Source of the DNA: Welwitschia mirabilis
Lineage: Eukaryota
DNA: 46,753 bases
Assembly: GCA_051453625.1 (NCBI GenBank)
Contig: JBOZIK010000001.1
Coordinates: 48,860,053 to 48,906,805, forward strand
Reading direction: 5' to 3'
The notes under the pieces are model-generated. The model was not told where the DNA came from. It saw only the letters and a program-made list of their open reading frames with translations, and searched no databases. The position numbers were made by a program, and so were the translations under genes. Positions 1 through 11,906 of the stretch are shown piece by piece (position 1 is the first letter of the stretch; every line of letters begins with the position of its first letter).

Positions 1-3000
1 ATCTTGATGAAGATGAGATTTATTTATTAGTAAAAAGGTTCAAAAATATTATTGCATAGAAAAAAAAGAGATGGTAAATCAAGCAAGGGACCAAGATGGG
101 GTCAGTTCAACCTAAGAAGAGATTTAAAAAAAGGAAAGAAGATCTAATTTTATGCATGTAAGGGTGATGAACATGTTTCAAATAAATGATCAAATAAGAA
201 AATAGATCAGAGAAAATCCAAGACATCATCCTTCATTGCCACCTATGATAATGTAGATGAAGAAGAAGATAGTAGCTCAAGCCAAGAATTAGATAGAGAT
301 AGAAGACTTTCCTTCATGGCTATAGTCCCTTCCATGAAAAATATATCATGCTTAATTAAACTAGATGACCTAGACCTTATTAAAGAAGGTTAGAAGGACC
401 TAGAAGATACTTATTAAGAACTTTATTCAGAATGTAAAAAGTTGGTAAAATAGATCAATGAGTTAAATAAGATAGTAAAGGCTCTAAACAAGGAAAAAAA
501 AGAGTTAAAAACAAAGTATAGGATGGTTTAAACAGAAAACATCAAGCTAACTCAAGAGGTAAAAAGCTTATCTCATTTTATAAATCAATTTTTAAATAGT
601 TCAAGTAAATTGGAATAGATACTTGGGATACAAAGATCAGTCCATGATAAGAAAGGTATTGGCTTAATCTCTTAAAAATCATGCAATTAGTTGGATAAGG
701 TAATATGGTCAAATAACTCTATGTCAAAGATTACTTNNNNNNNNNNCTTATCATTTTTATAAAAAGATAGGTCATTCAAAATTATTTTGTAAATTTAGAA
801 AGATAATTCTTTTTTCAAGATCTGTCAGTACTTTTTCATTTAAATCTATCCTAAGGGGATGTGTACCATAATAGTTTAAATGAACTAATTGGGTAAGGGA
901 TGATAAGTTAAAAAGTTTATTAATCCAAACAACCTTTAAAGTATAAAATGGAATTTATTGGTACATAGATAGTAGATGTTCTCAGCACATGATAGACAAC
1001 AGATCAAGATTTTAACATCTAGACAACTTTGATGGAGGAGTAGTAACATTTGAAAAAAAGAAAAAAGGAAAATTTAAAGGCATTGGAAACATCAGTGGAG
1101 ATAACGTGCCTAAAATTAATGAAGTTTTATATGTTGAATGGTGTTAAACATAATTTGCTAAGCATTAGTCAAATTTATGATAAAGGCCATTAAGTTATTT
1201 TTGATAGTAAAAAATGTGAAGTTAGACATGGTAAAATAAATGATGTTTTGCTTAAAGCAAATAGAATAGACAAAATTTATAGCATTGATTAGTATTTGTC
1301 TACTTGTTATTTTTGTCGTATAAATCAAGTAGAATTATGGCACCAATAGTTAGGCTATGTAAACTATGACAATCTCAAATCCATTATTAAAAAGGAGATC
1401 ATGAAAGAAATTCCTAAGATCAATATTGATAAACATTGGCTATTTGATGCTTATTAAAATGGAAAATAAATCAAAAGTTCTCATAAAAGTAAAAATTTAG
1501 TCTTCTCAACAATGCCACTTAAACTCATTCATATGGACTTAGTGGGTCTTGCCCAAACTAAAAATCTAAGAGGAAAATAATACTCCTTTATTATGATGGA
1601 TGACGTTTCTAGATTTACGTAGATTTCATTCTTACAAAACAAAGTTAAAACCTTCAAAAATTGTGTTGAAATCTATAAGAAAATCCAAAATGAGAAGGGA
1701 CACACTATTAAAAGGATTAGAAGTGATCATGAGGAATAATTCAAAAATCATTTTTTTAAGAAATACTATGTGGATAATGGTATAGAACATTAGTTTTCAT
1801 CCCCAAAAACTCTGAAAAAATATGGAATTATAGAAAGAAAAAACTAGATCCTTCAAGAAATGGTAAGAACAATGCTAAATGATAAGGAAGTACCTAAAAC
1901 ATTTTGGACTAAAGTAGTAAGTACTGCATGCTATATTATCAATAGAGTTTATCTAAGATAAGGGCCTTATGAAGTCTGAAAATAAAGAAATCCAAATATA
2001 TCATATTTTAATATCTTTGCAAGTAAATATTTTATCTTAAAAGATAAAGAACGTTGGAGTAAATTTGAGTCTAAAGCCAATGAGGCAATTTTTCTAGGAT
2101 ATTCAACTAGAATTAGAACCTACTAGGTTTTCAATAAATGAATTCTAACAGTGGAAGAATCCATAAACATTTAAATAGATGACTTTAGTACTAGACTTCT
2201 TTCTTCAAGTGGTGAAGAAAATCTTACTTTAAGTATCTCCACAGTAAAAGAGGTAATAATTGAAAAGGAAGAAGAAATCTTAAGAGGTTACTTTTAAAAG
2301 GTTCAAAAAGCTAAAAGATCATCCACTTGATTCTACTATTGAAGATTAAGTTCAAAATTTCACACTAGAAACTCTTTCAAAAACTTTTATGCCCACATTT
2401 ATTATGTTTCTCGAATTGAACCCAAAAAAATTTGAAGAGGTAGAGTTTCTTGAAGAATGAATGATGGCTATGCAAGAAGAACTTTAATAATTCAAAATAA
2501 ATGATGTTTAGAAATTTGTAGAAAGACGAAAAGATAAAAATTTAATTAGAACAAAGTGGATCTTTAAGAATAAGTATGATAAACAAAATAATGTGGTTAA
2601 AAACAAGGCAAGATTAGTGGCTCAAGAATACAACTAGATCGAAGGAATAGATGTAGGAGATACATTTGCTTTAGTGGCCAAACTAAATAGTATTAAAATG
2701 TTTCTCTCCTATGCAACCTTTAAGAACATTAAATGTTTTTAGATGGATGTAAAGCCTTCCTAAATGAAACTATCAATGAAGAAGTTTATGTAAAACAACC
2801 AAAATATTTCATGGATTTATACAAACTAAATCATATTTATAGACTCAAAATGGATTTGAATGGCTTAAAACAGGCTTCAAGGGTCTGATATAAAAAACTT
2901 GCAACATTTCTTAAAAATAATGATCACATCTATGGAGCTATGGATAAAACTTTGTTTGTAAAAAATCTTAAAGAAAACTTTATCATCATTCAAATCTATG

Positions 3001-3943
3001 TTGATGAAATAATTTTTGGAGCCTCAAAAGAGGACCTCTTAAAATAATTTACTACCATTATAACTATACAATTTGAAATAAGTATGCTTGATGAAGTTTG
3101 CATGTTTTTAGTTTACAAATTAAGAAAACAAAACATAGTATTTTTATTTCTCAATCTAAAAACTCAAAGGAGTTGATTAAGAAGTTTACACTAAAAAATG
3201 CAAAATTAACTAACACACCTATTTCAACTTTATATAAAATTATTCTTAATAATCATGGAAAATCGATGGACCAAAAACTTTACAGGAGCATGATAGAAAG
3301 CTTATTTTATTTAACTTTTAGTATCCTTGACATAATGTTTAGTATTGCTGTATGTGCAACATATTAGACTAAACCAAATGAATCACACCTCCAAGCTGTC
3401 AAAATAATCATAAAATATAAAAAAGGTACAACTGACTATGGGCTATAGTATCCTATAGAAACTTCCTTTGAGTTGCAGGTTTTAGTAATGCAGACTAGGT
3501 TGGTTGTAAAGATTCTTAAAAAATCACTAGTGGAAATTGTTTTTTTTCAAGATTATGCTTGGTAAGGTGGAAAAGCAAAAAGAAAAATTCTATCTCTCTT
3601 TTTATAGTAGAAGCAGAATATATAGCAGCAAGAAGTTGCTATATCCATTATCTATAGATGAAGGAAATGCTCAAAGATTTTGGAGTTAATTTTGAATAGG
3701 TTTTAATATTTTCTAATAATACTAGTATAATTAACATCTCAAAAAACCCTATTCAACATTCTCAAACTAAACATGTTGAACTAAGACACCATTTCCTTAG
3801 AGATTAAGTAGAAAAAGGTAATATTTCTATGAACTTTATAAGCATTGATAAATAATTAGCTAATATTTTCATAAAAGTTCTAAACTTTGATAAATTTTTT
3901 TTAGACTTCATTACAAATTGGGGGTTGTTTCTCTATCCTCTAA
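1..3943 (+). pseudogene. Sirevirus gag-pol with many stops and frameshifts
   Basis: Hand translation: protease WYIDSRCSQHM (~959), LWHQ*LGYVN (~1336), integrase PLKLIHMDLVG (~1514), RT RLVAQ..EGID (~2610) and QIYVDEIIFG (~2990), RNase H KHVELRHHFLRD (~3768). Confidence 0.93.
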
Positions 3944-4328
3944 TTAAAGTAGGATAGCAGACTAGATCTTTCATTCAGTTGATCATATTTGGAGAAGTCA
4001 AGTCAACCAAATTTTACTTGGATACTTAAACTTTTCTAGAAAAAAAACTTGAACCCAATCAGGTTGATCAAATTGAAGTCTTGATTGATGGACTTGGAAA
4101 TGTTTTGACCCATATCTTGATGGGTTGACTAGATTAAAATTTGGTTGACCAGGCTTGTGGGATTATAGTGTGAAATAAATGCAGTGGGCCTAATTGTTTT
4201 CTCAAATTCAACTTATTTTACTCCTTTATAAAATATTATGGAGCTATACCTTCCTCATTTCCAATTATCTCCCTATTTATCCTAGATTTAGCTGTCTTCT
4301 TTCATTTTCTTTGTCTTTAGTAAGTGCC

Positions 4329-5414
4329 ATGTGTTATCAAATGGTAGAGGGTCCCTCTAGAAGAGCTCAATAGAATGAGCTTACAAGTAATGATCTAGGA
4401 TATTTCTACTCAAGAATGTTAGATAAGGCTCTAGACAAGTTTAATGAAAAGTTTGAAAAGAATCTTATCTGTCAAAAGAGGCCAATAGCTTCAAGGGAAC
4501 TTAAAGAACTTAGGGATGTGATAAAACTTCTCAACTATCTAGATTTATTTTATTTCCTTGAGGTTTCTAGGTTAGTTTACCCTTTTCTTACCTATATGTT
4601 ATACTATAATACTTCTTATGATGTGGATTCCTCTATTCTTTTGACTCTTGTTTTAGGAAAAAGAATTCAAGTAACTATAAATTTGATAGACTCCCTCATA
4701 AATATTCCTAGAGGAGATTATAAGGAGTTTTAGCCCTTGTGTGATTCCTTCGATGACAAGGAATAAATCACTAGGAAACTTTGTAAGAAACTCATTTAGT
4801 GGGAAACTATCCTTTTCACCTTATATCTTACTCCAAAATATTGTTTTCTTTGTTTAGTTTTCACTCACAATTTTTTACCTCTTACTGATCATCCTAATGA
4901 GACCTCAAATTATGGTACATATCTTTTGTAATTAGTAGGAACTCATCACTCCGTTGATGCCCCTATCATTATTCTTAAGAATATGGTCTCTTAGTTAGAA
5001 CATCATAAAACTAGGGCCCTTTCTTACTCTATCCTAATTGCAAACATTTGTTATTATTTTAGGGTCCAAATACATCTTAAACTTGAGACCCCAACTTTTA
5101 TGTCTTCTATGATCCTAATTTTATGTCTTCTATTGGGAATGCTACTCTATCCCACATGCACATTTTCTCTAGATCCAAGAAATCTTTAAAATTTATTTTT
5201 TTGGAGCAAGCCTTCCCTGAAGAGATTCTACATACCTTAAGAGGCTGGATTCTAGAATTCAGCACATAAAAGAAGCACTCATTGCAATAAGGTATGATAT
5301 TGCAAATACTTTTGAGAAATCCAGTAGCTCAAGGCAGAAGAATAAGAAGAAGATGATGTTGACCCAAATTCTAAAGAAGAATCTAAGGAGGAGGAAGAAG
5401 AAGAATCAAACTGA
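4329..5414 (+). pseudogene. Sirevirus env-like extra ORF, disrupted
   Basis: Lies between pol and the PPT. ORF 4416-4733 (VYPFLTYMLYYN...LVLGKRIQV) fits Sirevirus extra-ORF motifs, and the frame ends in an acidic tail EEEEEESN*. Confidence 0.7.
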
Positions 5415-5487
5415 TTATTTATTTTTACTATTGTTGTTATTCTTGTGTTTTTCTTGTTACTTTTTTATTTCTCTTTTCTTTGTGATT

Positions 5488-5814
5488 GATGTCAAAAGGA
5501 GGATAAATAGAGTCTATAAAATTAGTTATAGCCAATTGTTATCACATAAGTATCTTTCAGTTATACTATGTAAGACTGGTTAATAAAAATAAATTTTGTA
5601 TCATTTATCTCATTTTTTAATTGAATGTTATATTTCCCATAAATTATGTTTTTAATTTTTTATGGGTCTTCTTGTAAAACCATTATAAATGCTTGATCTA
5701 GATAAACATGGTCAATAATATTTCTTGAATCTAAATGATCACTTTCTAAGGTGGAGTTTTCAAATTGATATATTCAAATAAATATAGTTTTCCATCAATG
5801 TCAAAGGGGGAGAT
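5488..5814 (+). promoter_or_regulatory. Multiple polypurine-tract region of element 1
   Basis: Proximal PPT TCAAAGGGGGAGAT at 5801-5814, with degenerate upstream copies GATGTCAAAAGGAGGA (~5488) and AAGGTGGAG (~5748). Multiple PPTs are a Sirevirus hallmark. Confidence 0.75.
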
Positions 5815-7199
5815 TGTTAAGTTTATTTTTAGTAAGTTGATGTTAGACTAACATTTTTTGGTATAGAAAAATATGTGCATTTCTTGTAGAAAATAATGAT
5901 TCTTATAGGTTAGAACTATTAGATTATGTTTTGCTAATTGGTATCAAACTAATATTTTCTGTGAAGTAAATTTTTTATATCTTATGCAAAAAATATTAAC
6001 CAGTTGCAGGTCAGATGCTGATGCTAGGAATGTCATATTTTGATCACTAGAAACCTATTAGGTTTACTTATCATCTTGAGGGGCCTATCGGACTTTCAAG
6101 GGGTCGAACACACCTATGAAGGATTAACCAGATCTATTCATCCCTCTCTAGGATTCTCAATCCCTATAAGAACTAACCTAACATTTATCACTAGATTTAC
6201 TTGAACTTAATAAGTAATAGATCAATCAAGGGGTTAATTAGATTGCATATGGATCGACTATAGCTATACAAGAAACTATTAAATCCTTTTCTCAAGGAGT
6301 CGACTAGATGTTTAAGCGTTGATTGGACCTATACTAAAACTATTACATTTATTTTAATAAAAGTTTAACTAAATAAAAATATGGTTGATGGGACTTAGAC
6401 ATATGCAATCGACTGGATCCTAGATAGGGTCGGCTATACTAGAAGATGTAAAAAACTTAGGTCAATTAGGAAAAGGTGGAGTTGACTAGCTTCACTAACA
6501 ACACTCAAAGGAATCGACTGAATGTTTTAAGAAGTTAACTAGTTGTTGCAAAAATAGAATTTCTCAATCCATTTTTTAGCTGTTGTCTTTCTATTTTTAT
6601 CCATTGGAATATTAGATTCACTTATAAAACCCTAAAATCTGTCCTCTATATAAACCACAACCATCAAAATCATTGATCACTCTTTAGTTGACTAAATTAA
6701 AAAAGCATCTTTTTACTACCAGTTCTTTGGTCAATTAGATTATACTATATGTACTTGCATTTGTGACATCATTTTTAGATAGTGTGGTACTATCTTTACT
6801 ATACTTTAAATCTGGTAAAGTCTATGCATCTTAGCTTACTATTAATACCAAAAAGCATTTTTGCAAGATTGAGCCTTGAAAAGTCCAGTTGTAAAGGTTA
6901 CAGGTTAAATTGAGAAACCTGGAAAGTAAGTAATAAGGATCTGGATCAGTCTTGAGTAGAAGCTGACTGTCAAGAGTAGAGTAGGGGATTTCTCAAACCA
7001 CTATAAATCATGCATCTAATGATTTCATTAGTATTTTTTATTTTTAGTTATTTCTCTTTTTAAATCTTATTATTAGATAAATCATTAGTTTATTTTGTAT
7101 GAACAAACATTTTTTTAGTATTCAATATTTTCTGAAGATATTCTTTCAATTTATTTTTTAATTCTATTCACCCCCTCCTCTAGGATCCTAGATTCAACA
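5815..7199 (+). repeat. 3' LTR of element 1 (~1.39 kb)
   Basis: Starts TGTTAAG right after the PPT and ends TCAACA. GTCGAC-core repeats at ~6090-6540, TATA box CTATATAAA at ~6646, C-rich signal at 7165-7183. Confidence 0.88.
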
Positions 7200-7767
7200 T
7201 CATTAGTACCAAAGATTTTTATTTACTTAGCTTATATAGGAAAAATTTTTGTACCATGAAAGATGAATCTAGTACTTCATTGGCTAGAAATAGAAAGGAT
7301 AATAGGTAGAAAATAAACTAAAAAGTTTTGTTTTCATTGGGACTAGTCAACCCCTTGAAATGTCCGATTGACCTAATTAGTTGTGTTCACTGAAGTCAAT
7401 CGACGTCACTTTCTTTTGGACAAGATAATATCCTTACATCATATAATTGAGTTAGCCTTATCCAGAGTCTAGTTGATCGCATTTGATTTAGGTCCAGTTG
7501 ATCCTATTTTGATTTGGTTGACTCCTTATCAATTTGATTAGACAATTTTTGGTTCATTTCCAGTCAACCCTATAAGTCTAGTTGACCCCTTATAGAATTC
7601 AGTCAATTCCTTGTGAAAATTGATAAAAAACTTTAGTTCTAGGTCTAGTTAATCCCTTTGGGATCTAGTCAATCCTTTGTTAAGTTTATCACTTGTTAGA
7701 TCAGGCGAAGCTAATGAAAAATGTTGGATTACTTCTAACCTATAAGGACTTTAGCTTCATGAAATGT
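7200..7767 (-). repeat. Inverted partial LTR (U3/TATA) of the same Sirevirus family as element 1
   Basis: 7205-7325 aligns by eye to the reverse complement of ~6560-6680 (ATGAATCTAGTACTTCATTGGCTAGAAATAGAAAG vs GTGAATCTAATATTCCAATGGATAAAAATAGAAAG), followed by reverse-oriented CTAGTCAA/CTAGTTGA repeats. Ends at an N gap. Confidence 0.75.
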
Positions 7768-8363
7768 NNNNNNNNNNNNNNNNNNNNNNNNNNNNNNNNN
7801 NNNNNNNNNNNNNNNNNNNNNNNNNNNNNNNNNNNNNNNNNNNNNNNNNNNNNNNNNNNNNNNNNNNNNNNNNNNNNNNNNNNNNNNNNNNNNNNNNNNN
7901 NNNNNNNNNNNNNNNNNNNNNNNNNNNNNNNNNNNNNNNNNNNNNNNNNNNNNNNNNNNNNNNNNNNNNNNNNNNNNNNNNNNNNNNNNNNNNNNNNNNN
8001 NNNNNNNNNNNNNNNNNNNNNNNNNNNNNNNNNNNNNNNNNNNNNNNNNNNNNNNNNNNNNNNNNNNNNNNNNNNNNNNNNNNNNNNNNNNNNNNNNNNN
8101 NNNNNNNNNNNNNNNNNNNNNNNNNNNNNNNNNNNNNNNNNNNNNNNNNNNNNNNNNNNNNNNNNNNNNNNNNNNNNNNNNNNNNNNNNNNNNNNNNNNN
8201 NNNNNNNNNNNNNNNNNNNNNNNNNNNNNNNNNNNNNNNNNNNNNNNNNNNNNNNNNNNNNNNNNNNNNNNNNNNNNNNNNNNNNNNNNNNNNNNNNNNN
8301 NNNNNNNNNNNNNNNNNNNNNNNNNNNNNNNNNNNNNNNNNNNNNNNNNNNNNNNNNNNNNNN

Positions 8364-8894
8364 TGTTTTATTTTTTCATAAATTTTCAAGATAGACATCT
8401 TTGAAATAGTAGATGTCTCTTATCAGGTAGATGTCTTCACCCTAAAAGACATCTTTGGTTAAAGTGCCTAGATATTAATAAAACTTGAACTACTATACCT
8501 ATGACCTTAGAGATCATGAATCTAAGATGTAAAACTTACTTGCTTTCCTAAAATGTAGATAATTTATTAAAATACAATTTGTCCTTGTTGCCTCTTCTAG
8601 TTTAGCACAAATATCTTTAACTCTATAGCTGTCTTCCATCAGATGAAGTAGTATAGATGTATTTTATTTAATAGATGTCTTTTATCTATCTTAACATCTT
8701 GGTTTAGTATTGACATCTTTGATATTATAGACAACTTTGCCTATTTGACAAAGACTAGTTTAGTGTAGATAACTTTGATATTATAGAAGCCTTTTACTTC
8801 ATCAATTGTATTTATCCTTTATAAAATCTAAGCTGAAACTTCTGTGCAATATGAACTTAAGGTTTTAACTTGGATTGATCCTTTTCGCAATTTG
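8364..8894 (+). repeat. Partial Sirevirus-like LTR U3 with GACGTC-type repeats
   Basis: Repeated TAGACATCT/TAGATGTCT (CpG-decayed AGACGTCT), then a TATA-like CCTTTATAAAA (~8816). Interrupted by element 2. Confidence 0.5.
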
Positions 8895-9898
8895 TGTTAG
8901 GATCATGAAAACATCTTAGAGGGAGAGTGAATAGGATTTTTAACTTTATTTTAAAATAAAACGATAATAAGAGCAATGAAATAGAATTAAAAACTAAATA
9001 ATGCATATGAATAAAATACCAGATGTTTATAGTCGTTCGGCTCTCCAAACCTACTTCACTCACAAGAGGCAGTACAATTTTTCAGCTTCCTGGTTTTCTT
9101 AATTAATAAATAACTTTAGTACAATTACCCTTTAGCTAGGGTTGAAATCATAGGATTTACTCTTACTTAAGCAACATTAAAGAATAATAAAGAGAAGTCT
9201 GATGAGGAATAAGCCTTAGATGCTTGAATTCATCAGCATGAGTTATATTTGGAGAAGAATAATAATCCTTAGTTCAGATCAGATCTGATCAAAGAGAGAG
9301 AGTTCTGAATTTGATATACAAAATATATTTTCACAGTTTTGTGCATTACGATAAAAGAAACTTTGATTTATAAGAGGTTTTAAATGGAGAAAATCCTAGG
9401 ACCACTTGTTTAGATGAGTGTACCACTAGCCTCTAGCTCTAAGTCATTTATCCTTTGAAACATGTATTCACCATTTATATGAATTACTTTTTCATAGCAA
9501 CAGATAGTTAAATAGATATCTCATGAGAAACATTTAGGTATCCCAATTTTAAAGATTATTTTTAATAAAGAATTAAAATAGGAGTCTGATGTCCTAGTTC
9601 TAAGTCTCAAATATCCTGGTACAATATAAATAATCATAGATTCGATGTCTTAGGTAAAACAGTGGATGTCCCATTAAAGTTTTTGGTGTATAGGTCTAAA
9701 CGTCTTAGCTCAAAGGGCAAATATCCCTATACAGTCTCCCATGTATAGGTATAAACATCCCAAGTTAAGGGGTAGATGTCCCATCATTATGTTTGCTTAG
9801 CCTAAGTTTGTTGCTTCATAAGATAAGATTCTTGGATTGAGTTTTTATTCCTTGTTATGCTCCTATTGATCATCATTGAAATGTGTCTTTACTTAATA
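8895..9898 (-). repeat. 3' LTR of element 2 (~1.0 kb)
   Basis: Minus strand reads PPT AAAAGGGAAGAT then TATTAAG (mutated TGTTAAG) at 9898, and ends CCTATTCACTCTCCCTCTAAG...CTAACA at 8895. Confidence 0.85.
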
Positions 9899-9990
9899 AT
9901 CTTCCCTTTTATCAATAATAATAATGTACTCCTTAGTTCATCATCTGATTTGATTGGAGTTACATATTTAACAAACTTGATCCATACAAC

Positions 9991-10003
9991 TATATATATA
10001 TAT

Positions 10004-10043
<40 letters not shown>
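9991..10043. repeat. Compound microsatellite (TA)n(CATATA)n
   Basis: Directly visible; lies between the two PPTs of element 2 (~9901-9910 and ~10251-10268). Confidence 0.95.
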
Positions 10044-10349
10044 TTCAAATGAATGGTTAGAAGAAGATAGATAGATATTTGCTATGTTTAGATACCTATC
10101 ACTTGCTTAAGTAAATAGGGAAAAATTATTCCAAAACAATATGAAAACATGAAATTACAATACATATTAAAAATTTTATGAAAGAAACCTTTTGTATTAA
10201 ATTAAAATGAAGTTACACTAGAGAAATTTTAATATAATTACACAAAACATTTTTCCCCTTTGTCATCATTGAAAATACAAAAGATTAGATAGAAGAAAGG
10301 AGAGAATGCAGAAAGTGAGAAGAAGAGATATGAGATAGAGGGAAAAAAG

Positions 10350-11408
10350 ACTATTTAAAAGAGCCATCATGATGAGAGGAGGATGAGGTTCTCCTTGAGT
10401 TACTTCTTCTTTTGACTCTAGAGGAATCTCAAGACCGAAAGTAGATAAACTATAAATCATATAATCTACCTTCTTATTTAGTTTATCTATTGAATCCTGA
10501 AGAATTTAATAGCTTTATAGATAAATTCATTTGAGATCTACTCTAAGGTAAATCCTTCCTCTGTATGCTACTTCTTCTTCGGAGGAGATGAGGACCCAAT
10601 TATATCTAAAAAGATGTTCATATTCTTTAATGAAAAAGACTCAAGAGGTTTTGGTAACTTAAATAATTCTTCATCTCTTTCAAGGATAAATTGAAAATTT
10701 TCAAGAATAGCTATAATCAATTATCTAAAGAGCAAGCTAGAATAATTAACAATAAAAGAGTGACTGATATAATACATTATGAATTTACGAAGATTATCTT
10801 AGCCCCATTCCTAAACAGAACATAATATAAGCATAAAGAGGTGAAACTTCATCCTTGTGACCAAGTTTTGGAACTAGATTATACATGGAAGTCCGAAAGA
10901 CAACTCAATAAAATGGCTTTAACTAATTGGTGGGAATGTTTGCATGCCAAAATAGTTGTTTTCCATATAATTCCTCAGTAATAACACATTTAGATATTGC
11001 TTTTTGAAGAGATGCTATTGAGATTATGTCCCGAATGAAGCCATTATTTGCAAAACTAGTAATTAAAGATATGGTTTCTAGATCTAATTCAACTATCCTT
11101 CCATAAACTTTAGAAACCAATTTCTAGTTGCTTTAATTAAAAATACCATTATAGTAAAATAATCATACCATTTTTATTGAGGCTTTAGTACCTAGATTTA
11201 GTGCATACATCCATTCTTATGCTACAAACTTTGGCTCTAACCTGAGATCATGATGAAAGGATCCAAAGTCTATTCTACATTCTAGAGATATTAACCTCTT
11301 GGAGAAACATCCTAGCCAAGTTTTTCTGTGATTTGAAGAAAGAAAGCAATTAGCTTCTGAGGTTGGTTCTTTGCCTTTTCTTAAAGTAGAGAACTTGGAT
11401 TTCATCAT
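10350..11408 (-). pseudogene. env-like extra ORF of element 2, disrupted
   Basis: ORF pieces MMKSKFSTLRKGKEP..., LFYYNG and SKVYGRIVELDLETISLI between pol and the PPT. Confidence 0.7.
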
Positions 11409-11906
11409 GATGAAAAATGCAAGAGAAGAGGTAGAAAGACAAGAGGATCAAGAACAAGATGAAAAAGAGAGAAATTAAGCAACAAAGTGGTAAAATCTAT
11501 TTAAAAAGGGTTTGGAACATCCATGGATTTATGTCCATGTCAAGGGTCAGACGTCTAGTTTTTTATATCAGGACATTTAGGTTTTAAAAAACTCACTTGT
11601 TTAAAAATTTTTCTAGGACATCTAGAGGTATAAGGTAAGACATCCAAGTAATAGCTCAATTTGAAAAGAACTTCATAATCATACATCCAAGTGGATTAAG
11701 GGAATGTCAGGGATAAATCTTGGATGAAATACAAAATTTAACAGTTGGACGTCTAATAAAAGGAATAGGACATTTGGGATAGAACATCAATTTAGGCTTT
11801 TAGAGATGTAAGAAGGGGAAAGACAATAAGGTTAAATTTCATGTTTATGCTTTACTTGAAATAATTTCAAATGATGACAAATATAGGATCAGAAACTTTT
11901 CACAAT

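Larger units (their letters stand above)
1..7199 (+). mobile_element. Ty1/Copia LTR retrotransposon, SIRE/Sirevirus lineage, degenerate; 5' end outside the window
   Basis: Copia domain order gag-PR-INT-RT-RH, then an env-like ORF, PPT AAAGGGGGAGAT and an LTR ending in the C-rich signal TATTCACCCCC..CTCTAG and TCAACA. Confidence 0.93.

Noticed and set aside
7201-7214. PBS-like TTAGTACCAAAG after the LTR, suggesting a tandem element
   Set aside because: The sequence aligns to an inverted LTR of the same family and no gag follows.
7693-8398. Long ORFs in the track here and at 13531-14369, 33347-33556 and 43107-43380
   Set aside because: Artefacts of N runs.
9857-10060. 67-aa ORF with a YI repeat
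   Set aside because: It is the translation of the microsatellite inside a retroelement.
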